DNA of 64,000 nt from Bacilli bacterium (GCA_017887425.1 JAGHHZ010000017.1:2269-66268), one strand, 5' to 3'. Shown: positions 9,723 to 19,813, counted from the stretch's first letter. Notes: generated by a model from the letters alone, not told the origin. Translations and numbers: made by a program.

Positions 9723-9872
9723 CACCTATTTTTAGTATAACATACTTTTAATCATATACCACCTTCTTTCCTTTTTAAATTTTTATTTTTTTCTTCATCT
9801 ATCACCTCCAACAATTAAAGTATATAATATAATTGTGGGGATATTTTGATAAAAAAATGGGAAAATGTGGTA

Positions 9873-12326
9873 TTAAATATTTTCTGTATAATTACATCCT
9901 TTATTGTAATTAGTACAACCAATAAAGTCATAATTCTTCTTTCTACTATGCTTAACAATTAAATCGCCATTACATTTAGGGCATTTTGTTATATTCTTTT
10001 TATATTTTAAATTGTTAGTTTTAAAGTCACATAATTCTTTTTCATTACTACAAATATATAGATTATTTATTTTAAAACTATTATATTTTCTAATTAATGG
10101 ATAGCCACATTTCGGACATAAATGTGGTTTTTTAGATAATTTAATTCCTGTCTTATTATATAATTTAACCTGATTATATTTAATGATTTCTAAAATAAAA
10201 CTAGAAGGATTATTAACTGGCGTTAAAATATAAACTTTATTTTTAGTTCTAGTTAATGCAACATAAAATAATCTTCGCTCTTCGGCAAATAAATAAGAAT
10301 TATCAAAAACATTAATCACTTGCATAATCGGATCATCTTTAATTTGGGATGGAAAGCCATATGTCCCATCATCACCGTTTAAAATGATAACTTGATCATA
10401 CCCTAATCCTTTTGAAGAATGTGCCGACAAAAAATCAATCTCAAAATTAGGAAATTTTTTAGCTTTTATTTTGTCAGTTGATATTTCAGAAAAATCATCA
10501 CTATTAAGTAAATAATATTTTTCAAAATTATATCGACCAATTAATAATATTTTTTGTCTATCACCAAACTGTTTTTGAATATCAGCTAAACATTTATTTA
10601 ACATCATTATTTTATTTTTCGTTTTATTACTTGAATCATCATAAGCAATAACCATAACCGGATTTTCTAAATTTTTAGGAGAAATTAATTGTTTTTTTAT
10701 TTGTTTTTGATTACTCATAACAAAATTTCCAGCCACATTGATTAACTGTTGACTATTACGATAAGTATGCGTTATTTTTAAAAGACTCGCATAACCCATT
10801 AAATTACTAAATTCCGTAAACAAAGATATATCACTTCCCGCAAAAGCAAAAATACTTTGAAAATCGTCACCGACAGCAATTATTTTAGAATCACTTACTT
10901 CACTTATCTTTTTAGCTAAATTAAATCTTTGTTGTGATATATCTTGGTACTCATCGATAATTACATATTTATAATTTAATTTAATATTATCTAACTTTTC
11001 ATAAGCTTCATTAATCATATCTTCAAAATCGATATAATGATTTATCTTTAATTGTTCTTGATAATAATCATAAACATTTTCGATAAAATTCAAAAACATA
11101 TTAGTTCTTTCATCTTGATAAATCGCTTTTAACTTGCCAAAATCTGATTTATTATAACCTTTAACTTTAAATCCTTGGATAAAATTAAGGCAAAAGATAA
11201 TAAATCTTGTATAGTAGATATCTTTCGATGTATCGACTAATTTAGAATAAATTTCTTTCGGATTTCTAGGATTTAAAATAATATGATGTTTAATTAATTG
11301 TTCTTTTAAATTATCTAATAAATCAGGTCCTGAATAAGTCTCAATCAAAGTGGTATTATTTAATTTATGAATTTTTCGCTTGTTATTTATTTGATATTTA
11401 TATTTTAAACTATCGATATAACCAAATAATTTATTATAACCACTTTTATTTATTCCAAAATGCTCTAAATAAAATATTCTTTCCCCTTGATAAATCGTAA
11501 AATCAGGCAAATAAGTTTTACTTTTATCTAATTTAGGATATGGCTTTTCATATTCATAATCAATACCATTTAAATATAAAAAATTAGCAATCATTACTTC
11601 TTCGTTTGATTTTAAAAACTCTCCTAAAATAGTATATCTTTTATTAGTTCGCTCATCGATAACTTGCTTATTATATTCATTTAATCTTGATTTTAATGTA
11701 AGATAATCATTTCTTTTTTTATAATTAAAATAATCATTTAAACTATTAAATTTTAAAGCAAACAAAGGAATATCAAAATAAAAGACAAAAAATTTTAAAA
11801 ACTCTTTTAATTTCTTATTATCATTACATAAAACTTTATCAAAATAATCTTTAACTAAATTATAAGAGTTAGTTAAAACTTTTAAGTGTTCATCAGTTTT
11901 ACTTTTTAAGATTTCTACTCCAAACTTATGAAAAGTGCAAACTAAAACTGGTATTTTAAAATCTTTATTAATTCTTTGCTTTAATTCTGATACAGCTTTA
12001 TTCGTATAAGAAATTAAAATTATATCTTTCGGATCAACTTTTTTAATATCGACTAAAAATTTAACTTTAGCTGCCATAGTAGTTGTTTTACCACTTCCCG
12101 CTCCAGCGACGATTAAGTTATAATCTTCATCAGTTAAAATAGCAATCCTTTGTTCTTCATCCAATAAAATATTATCATCAATTCCTTTATACATATTATC
12201 AAAATAATCTTTGTATTTAATTAAAGAATCTTTGATATATTTTTCGTTATGTCTTTTAACTTCATCATAGTTTAAATTGTACTTTTTCATTTCCTTAACT
12301 GAAATGTAGCTATCGATTTTTAGCAT
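9873..12326 (-). CDS. UvrD/helicase IV-like SF1 helicase with an embedded PD-(D/E)xK-like motif and two C-terminal zinc ribbons
   Basis: Motifs AGAGSGKTT, VCTFHKFG, IIDEYQD, VGDDFQSIFAFAG, HTYRNS, SAHSSKGLGYD, EERRLFYVALTRT. An insertion carries YLPDFTIY...FYLEHFG. The C-terminus has CPKCG...CSNEKELC and CPKCNG...CTNYNKGC (topoisomerase-type Zn ribbons). Likely start is the ATG at 12326, behind GGTGA. Confidence 0.8.
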   Translation of the reverse strand: MLKIDSYISVKEMKKYNLNYDEVKRHNEKYIKDSLIKYKDYFDNMYKGIDDNILLDEEQRIAILTDEDYNLIVAGAGSGKTTTMAAKVKFLVDIKKVDPKDIILISYTNKAVSELKQRINKDFKIPVLVCTFHKFGVEILKSKTDEHLKVLTNSYNLVKDYFDKVLCNDNKKLKEFLKFFVFYFDIPLFALKFNSLNDYFNYKKRNDYLTLKSRLNEYNKQVIDERTNKRYTILGEFLKSNEEVMIANFLYLNGIDYEYEKPYPKLDKSKTYLPDFTIYQGERIFYLEHFGINKSGYNKLFGYIDSLKYKYQINNKRKIHKLNNTTLIETYSGPDLLDNLKEQLIKHHIILNPRNPKEIYSKLVDTSKDIYYTRFIIFCLNFIQGFKVKGYNKSDFGKLKAIYQDERTNMFLNFIENVYDYYQEQLKINHYIDFEDMINEAYEKLDNIKLNYKYVIIDEYQDISQQRFNLAKKISEVSDSKIIAVGDDFQSIFAFAGSDISLFTEFSNLMGYASLLKITHTYRNSQQLINVAGNFVMSNQKQIKKQLISPKNLENPVMVIAYDDSSNKTKNKIMMLNKCLADIQKQFGDRQKILLIGRYNFEKYYLLNSDDFSEISTDKIKAKKFPNFEIDFLSAHSSKGLGYDQVIILNGDDGTYGFPSQIKDDPIMQVINVFDNSYLFAEERRLFYVALTRTKNKVYILTPVNNPSSFILEIIKYNQVKLYNKTGIKLSKKPHLCPKCGYPLIRKYNSFKINNLYICSNEKELCDFKTNNLKYKKNITKCPKCNGDLIVKHSRKKNYDFIGCTNYNKGCNYTENI

Positions 12327-12406
12327 ATGATTCACCAAAAAATATTATATATAAAATCATTATAAAAAGCAATTAAACACAATAAAAAACTAATCAACAA
12401 GATTAG

Positions 12407-12919
12407 CTAAATATAATTTTTTTCATATCCTAATTTTGTTATATCGCCATGTCCTGGATAAATAGTTATATCATCAGGATATGTTTTAATTTTATTTAAA
12501 GACTTAATCATCTCTTTTTCGTCAGCATCTTCTAAATCAGTTCTTCCAATACCACCTTTAAATATAAAGTCTCCAACAAACATTTTTTTATCTTCTTTAA
12601 AATAAATTGTTATACAGGTGTTATGATGTCCCTTAGTATAAATTACTTCAAATTTAAAATTGCCTATTGTATATTCTTTTTCTTCTAAATTATTTATGTC
12701 ATAAATAGGAATATTATATCTATTTTTTACTTCTTCTAAAGCTCCAATATGGTCAAAATGGTAATGAGTAACAATTATACCGATTGGTTTTAAAGAACCA
12801 ACCTCGCGAACTATTTTATTATAATCAGCACCTGGATCGATTATCAAACATTCATTATCAATACCAATAATATAGCAATTAGTTTCCAACCAACCTACTT
12901 TAACTGTCTTGATTGTCAT
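12407..12919 (-). CDS. MBL-fold metallo-hydrolase
   Basis: THYHFDHIG motif. The start at 12919 (MTIKTVKVGW) lies behind a strong GGAGG SD. Confidence 0.85.
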   Translation of the reverse strand: MTIKTVKVGWLETNCYIIGIDNECLIIDPGADYNKIVREVGSLKPIGIIVTHYHFDHIGALEEVKNRYNIPIYDINNLEEKEYTIGNFKFEVIYTKGHHNTCITIYFKEDKKMFVGDFIFKGGIGRTDLEDADEKEMIKSLNKIKTYPDDITIYPGHGDITKLGYEKNYI

Positions 12920-13820
12920 TACTTTCCTCCTTAATAATCGCATCAGGAAATATTTCTTTAATTACTTTTTCTTTCAAGCCAGAAGGAAGACAATTACCAG
13001 CGGCATTTACATGTCCCCCACCACCAAACTTTTTCGCAATAACACTCAAATCAACTTTTCCATTGCCACGATAACTAATTTTTTTATCCATGTTAATTAA
13101 AACAATATAGTCTAAATAATCATATTTATTAATTAAATAATTACCTAATTCACTAATATATCTTTCAGCAAAAACAACTCCTACACGTTTATTATCTAAA
13201 GATATTTCGATAAACTCTTTTTCTTCAATATATCTTTTAATTCTCTCTTTTTCTAATTCTACCAAATTTAAATCCTCTTTAGAGTATAGTTCTAAATCAT
13301 TGATTATAACATTATAAAATTTATCAATAAATCTATCTTTACCATATATTTTAAAAATCATTTCTAATTTTTCAGCTTCTTCTTTGCTAGTTTTACTAAA
13401 ATCATAAATATCCATGGTTCTTACATGTTCAACTAACATTTTCGTACTTTCTCTATTTAATAGGTTATTGTTATAATTATTTAATAAATATTTATAATAA
13501 AGACTTGTTCCACTTTCTTTACCTTCAGCATTAACTTCAATAAAAGAATATTTATTCATATTATTACAACTTAAATGGTGATCAAGTATCATAATTTTTT
13601 CTTTATAATTTGCTTCGATAAAATCAGCTAACTCTTCACTTATATTTAAATCAACAACATAAATAAAGTCATATTTATCAAGATTATTTTTAACATTATC
13701 ATTAACATCTTTATTTTCCGATAAAATATAATCAATCTCTTCAAATACTAATTTTGATAAAATAATTGGTGTAACACCATCAGGATCAGCTATGTGCGAT
13801 ATTATTAATCTTTTCATCAA
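12900..13820 (-). CDS. DHH-family phosphoesterase (NrnB-like)
   Basis: Motifs HIADPDGV, VVDLN, ILDHH, and GGGH in the DHHA1 part. Confidence 0.75.
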   Translation of the reverse strand: MMKRLIISHIADPDGVTPIILSKLVFEEIDYILSENKDVNDNVKNNLDKYDFIYVVDLNISEELADFIEANYKEKIMILDHHLSCNNMNKYSFIEVNAEGKESGTSLYYKYLLNNYNNNLLNRESTKMLVEHVRTMDIYDFSKTSKEEAEKLEMIFKIYGKDRFIDKFYNVIINDLELYSKEDLNLVELEKERIKRYIEEKEFIEISLDNKRVGVVFAERYISELGNYLINKYDYLDYIVLINMDKKISYRGNGKVDLSVIAKKFGGGGHVNAAGNCLPSGLKEKVIKEIFPDAIIKEESNDNQDS

Positions 13821-14421
13821 TTACCTCCTTAACTGGACCGTAAGATTTACGGTACCCTTCAATTAAACCATATTTATGAATTGCTTCGATATGTTTTTTA
13901 GTGGGATATCCTTTATGGGAAGCAAAACCATACATTGGATATTTTTTATCTAATTCGTACATCATTTTGTCTCTTGTCACTTTAGCAACAACACTAGCGG
14001 CAGCAATCGAAATACTTTTCGCATCACCTTTGATAATACTAGTTGTTGGGATATCAATATTAATTGGCATGGCATCAATTAAAACATGTTCTAAATTAAT
14101 TTGTTCTCTTACTTTAGATATCGCTATTAACATAGCTTTACGACTAGCTTCATAAATATTTATTTCATCGATTTCTTCGGGTGATACAACACCTATTCCA
14201 TAAGCCAAAGCATGTTCAATAATGTAGTCATAAAATTTATCCCTTTTTTTCTCAGATAATTTTTTAGAATCAGTTAATCCTTCTAAAACAAAATCTTTTG
14301 GTAATACTACACAACTAGCAACAACTGGTCCGATTAAAGGCCCTCTTCCCACTTCGTCAACACCACCAATATAATTAATGCCTTTATCATATAACTCATT
14401 TTCATATTCATATAAATTCAT
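13786..14421 (-). CDS. rnhB: Ribonuclease HII
   Basis: GVDEVGRGPLIGPVV and DSKKLS motifs. Start at the ATG at 14421, behind AGGTGA. Confidence 0.9.
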   Translation of the reverse strand: MNLYEYENELYDKGINYIGGVDEVGRGPLIGPVVASCVVLPKDFVLEGLTDSKKLSEKKRDKFYDYIIEHALAYGIGVVSPEEIDEINIYEASRKAMLIAISKVREQINLEHVLIDAMPINIDIPTTSIIKGDAKSISIAAASVVAKVTRDKMMYELDKKYPMYGFASHKGYPTKKHIEAIHKYGLIEGYRKSYGPVKEVIDEKINNIAHS

Positions 14422-14746
14422 ATCATCACCTATTTTGTACACTTATTTTTATTGAAATTAAATTTTTCATATTAATAATCTTTTAAATTTTAATACCGAA
14501 AAATTAACAAATTTCTAAATCTATTTTACCACATAATAATACTTTCCAAAACACATTCTTCTGCATAGTTTATTTTTTTACAAAATCAATTATGCTTTTT
14601 TATTTTGTTCAAATATAAATTTTTTATTAATTATGAAAACATTATTAAATTTTAATAAAAGTATAGTATTTTTTATATTTCTATAGTGTAATTTAACTAA
14701 TAATTAACTCGAAAATAGAAGAAATATAAACAAGCAGGAGGAAAAA

Positions 14747-15775
14747 ATGAACAATAATTTAATAAACAATAATGAAATTAACAATATATTTAATGCTATC
14801 AAACAGTTAGTAATAAATAGTAAAAACAAAGTTTATTCCGCTGTTAATACTGAAATGCTTAATTTATATTGGAATATTGGAAAAGCAATTATGGAAATAC
14901 AACAAGGTGACGAAAGAGCAAATTATGGTGACGCAGTACTTGAAAAATTATCAGAAAAATTGACTGCTGAATTTGGAAAAGGATTCTCCAAAAGGAATTT
15001 GGAACGAATGCGAAAATTTTATATTTATTTTCCAATTGCGACAACAGTGTCGTCGCAATTAAGTTGGTCACATTATCTTGAAATAATAAAAATAGAAGAA
15101 AAATATAAAAGGAATTTTTATATAAAAGAAACTATTAACGCAAGATGGAGCGTTAGAGAACTCCAAAGACAAATCTGATCGTTATTATATGAAAGATTAT
15201 TATTATCTGCTAACAAAGATAAAATACTAGAACTAGCTGAAAAAGGTCAAGAGTTAAAAAACAGCAAAGATCTAGTAAAAGATCCATTTGTTCTTGAATT
15301 TTTAGATATCAAGGAAAATACAGATTATTTAGAATCCGATTTAGAAAAAAACATTCTAGAACATTTAAAGGAATTCCTATTAGAACTTGGAAAAGGATTC
15401 ATGTTTGTTGGATCTCAAGTAAGAATAACATTAGAAGATGAGCATTTTTATCCAGATTTAATTTTTTATAATAGACTTTTAAAATGCTTTGTAATAATAG
15501 ATTTAAAAATTGGTAAAGTATCTCATCAAGACATTGGACAAATGCAAATGTATGTTAATTATTATGATAGAAAAATTAAAAATGACGAAGAAAATCCAAC
15601 CGTTGGCATATTACTTTCCACCCAAAAAAACAAAACAGTAGTAAAATACACACTACCTGAAGATAATAAAAATATTTTTTCTTCTACCTATAAGTTACAT
15701 CTTCCAACAGAACAAGAGTTAATATATGCTATTGAAGAAGAAAAAAAGAATTTAGAATTAAATGAAGAATTTTAA
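14747..15775 (+). pseudogene. DUF1016/YhcG-family PD-(D/E)xK nuclease gene interrupted by a single in-frame TGA (15176-15178)
   Basis: Track ORFs 14747-15178 and 15401-15775 share one frame. The 222 nt between them contain no other stop and read SLLYERLLLSANKDKILELAEKGQELKNSKDLVKDPFVLEFLDIKEN, continuing the family pattern (...WSVRELQRQI*SLLYERL...). The C-terminal part carries the nuclease core (FYPDLIFYN...VIIDLKIGK). Confidence 0.75.
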
Positions 15776-15840
15776 TTATAACTAATCATATTTTTTTATA
15801 ATTTTAAATATTATTTATAAAATTTAACCATGGCATGAAT

Positions 15841-16953
15841 TCATTTTCGATGTCCTCCTAAATTTTCTATCTTACTAGTATCTAATTGAGGAAGATTTTC
15901 AATTATTTTATTAGCCATTTCTTGTCTATCTTCAAGGGGAAATTCGATCACTTCATCGGCATATCCCATTTGTTCACCTTCAGGAACTGTCTTAATAACA
16001 TATTCAAATTTTTTAGGATGAAACGAACCAACTCGTTCAGAAATTGAAGCCTCTTGATTGGTTAAAAAATGGGAATTTTCTCCTTCTTCATTAATAAAAA
16101 TAGTTTCAGCATTTTTAACTAAATCATCTTCTTCAAAAAAACGATAACCATTAAATATAAAATCTAATTTGTAATTTCTAATAATGTCTCTTAATAAAAA
16201 TACATCTGATTTCAAATTTAAAGCTGGGTTTTCATCTTTAGCTTTATCATAAAAAACCACACCTGAACTTCTTTCAATTAAGCCCAATCTTTCAAAAGCA
16301 TAATTTTTAATTCTAATTTTAGGAAAATTAAAAGAATTTCTTAAATCGCCAGCAAGCGCACTTTCAATTAAAACTTCCTCATTTGCAATAAATAACATTA
16401 AAACTTCATATAATGAATCAAAAGAAGCTATATCTTCAAATTCTAAAGTTGGTAATATTTGTCTTATATTATCAAAATCTCTTTTTATCTCCGGTTGACT
16501 AAATCCTAACAAATGAAATAACTTAAAATCTGTTATTTTTAAAGCTTGATTTTTACCGATATTCGTTTCAAGTAACCAAATTTTATCACGATATATTTGA
16601 TCAAATAAATCTTTGTTTCTTCTTAAAGAAGCAAAAACTTGTTTTAACTCTTCTTCACTTAAAATGCCACCTTTTTTAAATGTTTTTAAAGAAGGCTTTT
16701 TCGCGAATGATAAATCAGTTTCCGGAACCATTAAAATACTTTTGTCACAACTAGAATTTAGAAAATCAAAAAGTTCTTGTTTTAAATTATTATCTTTAAT
16801 ATATTGATATAAATCATTAAACTGCAAAATACAAACCAATAATTCTTCTGCAGTTAATCCCATTTGAATAAGGGTTACAAAATCAGTCCCATATTTTTCT
16901 TTCAAATGAATATTTACTCTATTTAAAAAATCAGCCAATTGTTTTGTGTTCAT
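15841..16953 (-). CDS. Hypothetical protein (370 aa, no recognised domain)
   Basis: Long intact ORF with no TM segments or catalytic motifs that I recognise. It lies between two pseudogenes. Confidence 0.55.
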   Translation of the reverse strand: MNTKQLADFLNRVNIHLKEKYGTDFVTLIQMGLTAEELLVCILQFNDLYQYIKDNNLKQELFDFLNSSCDKSILMVPETDLSFAKKPSLKTFKKGGILSEEELKQVFASLRRNKDLFDQIYRDKIWLLETNIGKNQALKITDFKLFHLLGFSQPEIKRDFDNIRQILPTLEFEDIASFDSLYEVLMLFIANEEVLIESALAGDLRNSFNFPKIRIKNYAFERLGLIERSSGVVFYDKAKDENPALNLKSDVFLLRDIIRNYKLDFIFNGYRFFEEDDLVKNAETIFINEEGENSHFLTNQEASISERVGSFHPKKFEYVIKTVPEGEQMGYADEVIEFPLEDRQEMANKIIENLPQLDTSKIENLGGHRK

Positions 16954-17020
16954 ATTATCACCTATCTAATTATACAACAAATTGAAAACAGATAAAAGTA
17001 CTACTATTACACTTATTTAA

Positions 17021-17758
17021 TTAACAAAAAGGACTAGTTTCATTAATTAAACTATAATTAAAACTACCATTTTTAAAAATCTCGATTTCTTGATTATCAT
17101 GAGTTTTAGCTATAATTGTTAAATCTTCTGTTCCAATTGTAAAATCCATATGTTCTTGACAAATGTTGCATCCTGTTTTATCTAATTCTTCAGCATTCAT
17201 ATTAGTTCCATTTTGAATAGTATTTTGATAAGCACAGCCAAATGCTAAATGAGTTGATACATTCTCATCAAACAAATTATTGTTATAAGTTATTTTAGTT
17301 TTTGAAATAGGAGAATTAAAATCAATTATTGCAACTTCTCCTAAGCGTTTATAACTATCATCCTTTGCAAAAAAACTATCAAGATACTCTTTTCCTATGT
17401 GTTATTGTTTTGACCTGATTAACAGCAATTATTTTTTTATATTCGATATCATCAAAATAATTAGGAAATGTCGTTGAAACTAGTAAAAAAGCACACTTTT
17501 TTCTGATTGCGTCATTCCAATTCTCATTATAAAAATATGGATGAGATTTAATTTCCTCTGCTGATAAATCTTTTGTTCTAACATTATATCTTTTTCTTCT
17601 ATTAAAATATCAACAAAACCATATTCTCTAGCTTTTTTTATTAATTTTTCAATAAAATCAACATTGCATTTATCATACGAAATGAATAATGATTTACTTT
17701 TAGGGCAAATACATTTATTTAAAAGTAAATCTATATATTTTTCTTCTAATTCATTCAT
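17021..17758 (-). pseudogene. M29 (AmpS/PepS-type) aminopeptidase remnant
   Basis: The N-terminal piece (MNELEEKYIDLLLNKCI...AREYGFVDILIEEKD) and the C-terminal piece (...GEVAIIDFNSPISKTKITYNNNLFDENVSTHLAFGCAYQ...QEHMDFTIG) are in different frames. There are at least two frameshifts. The total span of about 740 nt compares with about 1.2 kb expected. Confidence 0.7.
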
Positions 17759-17825
17759 AATTATAACCTCTTCCTTATTAATTAAACCTAATTATCTATA
17801 TATAATTTTATCATAATATTAGATA

Positions 17826-17862
17826 TAAAAAAATATCAACTTCTGATTAGAAATTGATATTT
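17826..17862 (-). terminator. Rho-independent terminator downstream of tRNA-Cys
   Basis: The minus strand reads AAATATCAA-N14-TTGATATTT followed by T7. Confidence 0.6.
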
Positions 17863-17874
17863 GACATTTTATAA

Positions 17875-17949
17875 TGGAGGGCCTAGCCGGACTTGAACCG
17901 ACGCTCGGGGAGTTGCAGTCCCATGCCTTACCAACTTGGCTATAGACCC
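17875..17949 (-). tRNA. tRNA-Cys (GCA)
   Basis: The rc reads GGGTCTATAGCCAAGTTGGTAAGGCATGGGACTGCAACTCCCCGAGCGTCGGTTCAAGTCCGGCTAGGCCCTCCA. It has a 7-bp acceptor stem (one G-U pair), anticodon loop CTGCAAC, T-loop TTCAAGT, discriminator U and an encoded CCA. Confidence 0.9.
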
Positions 17950-17959
17950 GTGTAAGTAA

Positions 17960-17988
17960 ATTATAGCAAAATATTTTTATTTAAGCAA
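17960..17988 (-). promoter_or_regulatory. Sigma-A-type promoter of tRNA-Cys
   Basis: The minus strand reads TTGCTT, 17 nt, TATAAT, ending 10 nt before the tRNA 5' end. Confidence 0.5.
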
Positions 17989-18016
17989 GACTTTTACTAC
18001 AATTTACTACATTATA

Positions 18017-19813
18017 TTAATTATTAAATAAATTATACCTAATTAAATAATTCGAAATTTCAACTACTTTTTTAGCTTTTTCTTCATTTTCTTTTAGGTA
18101 CTCTTCACTCACTTCATTATATACTTTATAATCACTCAACTGATTATTATAATATACTTTATCAGTTACCCAATTACCATTTGGAAAAACTACAATATTT
18201 TCATCAATACTAAAAATATCATGACCTAAAGCATATTCACATTCAAAGTCAAACATATTAGCTAAAGTTGGCATTACATCATAAGCCCCCATTATTTTTG
18301 TAATTTCTCCTTGAACTTGTTTATCTTTTGTCCAAATAATTAAAGGAACTTTAGTTAACTGTTCATATTCATAAAAATCAATATCTTTACCTAGATACTC
18401 TTCATATTGTTTAATTGTAAATTTCGCATCGTGGTCACCATAAATAACAATAACAGTATCTTCCAAAACACCTAGATCATCTAATTTGGTTATAAACTCT
18501 CCAATAGCTTCATCAGCATAATGTAACAATTTCAAATAATTACCAATTTTAGTACCTTCCATATTACCAACATCAAATTCTACTTTGCCATCGTTATAAA
18601 ATGGTGTATGATTAGTTAGCATAATTAAAGTACCATAAAACTTATCATGATTATTATGAATATCACTTATTATATCAGCTGACTGACTAAAGAAAGATTT
18701 ATCAGATAATCCTATTCCTATTTGATCTGTTAAATCGTAATCATTATAGCAGTAAAAATGATCATAACCAATTGCTTGATACATTTGATTGCGATTCCAA
18801 TATTCACAAATATTACCATGCATACTAAAGGTATAATAACCAATCTCTTCAAAAGACTTAATCATCGATTGATAATTGTTATAGTCATAATTAATAAATA
18901 CGGTACCTGTGCCAACTGGTAAAATCGAATTAGTAATTGTAAACTCTGTATCGCTACTAGTACCTACACTCTCTTGTGAATAATAATTACTAAAATATAA
19001 CCCTTCGCTAGCTAATTTGTTCAAATTAGGCGTTATAACTTGATTATTGATCTCACTATTTAAAAACATTTGTTGAACACTTTCTGCATGAATAAACAAA
19101 ATATTTTTATCTTTAAAAATATTCGTATATTCATTTTCTTCAGTCCCTTTATTACGGAAATATTCATCGACGATAACTTGTGCTTCATCTTTACCACAAT
19201 TTGGACAAATAAATTTTTTCATTACTGTAAAAATATCATTTACTTGATAACTATATATTCCAAAGTTACGAACGACATAAGATTTATTCCAATCATGAGT
19301 AAAGCGATATATATCGTTGGAAGTGCATGTTAATAAAATTATAACAAACAAAGAAAAAGTTACTAAAAGACTTCTTTTAAAATTAATAACATTTTTTTCA
19401 TATTTATTCATTCGATATAAAATAATCATCAATAAAATTTGCCAAATAAAGATAAAATCAGATACTTGAAAAACACTTGTTACAGCTTCACTAGGAAGTT
19501 TAAAAGCTTGAAACATCGTCTCAAACAAATAAACAGAAGCAAAGTCGTTATAGTTATTATAATAAACTGAATTAATACAACAAATTGAAGATAAAATTAT
19601 CGAAAATATTAAAAAATAAAGATTTCTTTTTTTAACTAAAAAGGAAAAACTACAAATCAATAATAATATAACTAAGTCACTAAGAATAAAACGAATGTTG
19701 CCTAAACCAGTTGTAGTAAAAAGCAACAAAGTACTATTAATTAAACTAGATATAACAAAAATATAAATAATGTAATTATTTTTTAATGATTGTGAAAGAT
19801 TAAACTTATGCAT
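18017..19813 (-). CDS. LTA synthase-family protein (polytopic N-terminus plus extracellular sulfatase-like domain)
   Basis: Five N-terminal TM helices followed by a sulfatase-type domain (ILFIHAESVQ, ESVGTSSDTEF, YGDHD). Confidence 0.8.
   Translation of the reverse strand: MHKFNLSQSLKNNYIIYIFVISSLINSTLLLFTTTGLGNIRFILSDLVILLLICSFSFLVKKRNLYFLIFSIILSSICCINSVYYNNYNDFASVYLFETMFQAFKLPSEAVTSVFQVSDFIFIWQILLMIILYRMNKYEKNVINFKRSLLVTFSLFVIILLTCTSNDIYRFTHDWNKSYVVRNFGIYSYQVNDIFTVMKKFICPNCGKDEAQVIVDEYFRNKGTEENEYTNIFKDKNILFIHAESVQQMFLNSEINNQVITPNLNKLASEGLYFSNYYSQESVGTSSDTEFTITNSILPVGTGTVFINYDYNNYQSMIKSFEEIGYYTFSMHGNICEYWNRNQMYQAIGYDHFYCYNDYDLTDQIGIGLSDKSFFSQSADIISDIHNNHDKFYGTLIMLTNHTPFYNDGKVEFDVGNMEGTKIGNYLKLLHYADEAIGEFITKLDDLGVLEDTVIVIYGDHDAKFTIKQYEEYLGKDIDFYEYEQLTKVPLIIWTKDKQVQGEITKIMGAYDVMPTLANMFDFECEYALGHDIFSIDENIVVFPNGNWVTDKVYYNNQLSDYKVYNEVSEEYLKENEEKAKKVVEISNYLIRYNLFNN

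Noticed and set aside
12381-12406. A terminator after the MBL-fold hydrolase gene (CTAATC-N5-GATTAG plus a T run).
   Set aside because: It is only a 6-bp AT-rich stem, too weak to list as a feature, although it fits the recurrent CTA...TAG pattern noted in the findings.
15176-15178. The in-frame TGA as evidence for an alternative genetic code (TGA=Trp or Gly) or selenocysteine.
   Set aside because: All other long genes are uninterrupted under the standard code, Trp is encoded by TGG throughout, and TGA terminates genuine genes (for example gatB at 27706-27708 and the lipoprotein gene at 54963-54965). I saw no SECIS-like hairpin after the codon, and the position is not a catalytic residue in the family.
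14443-17950. A classical integrated genomic island at tRNA-Cys.
   Set aside because: There is no integrase or recombinase gene. I found no direct repeat of the tRNA 3' end (GGCTAGGCCCTCCA or its complement) at the distal boundary near 14443-14746. It is reported only as a decaying accessory patch.
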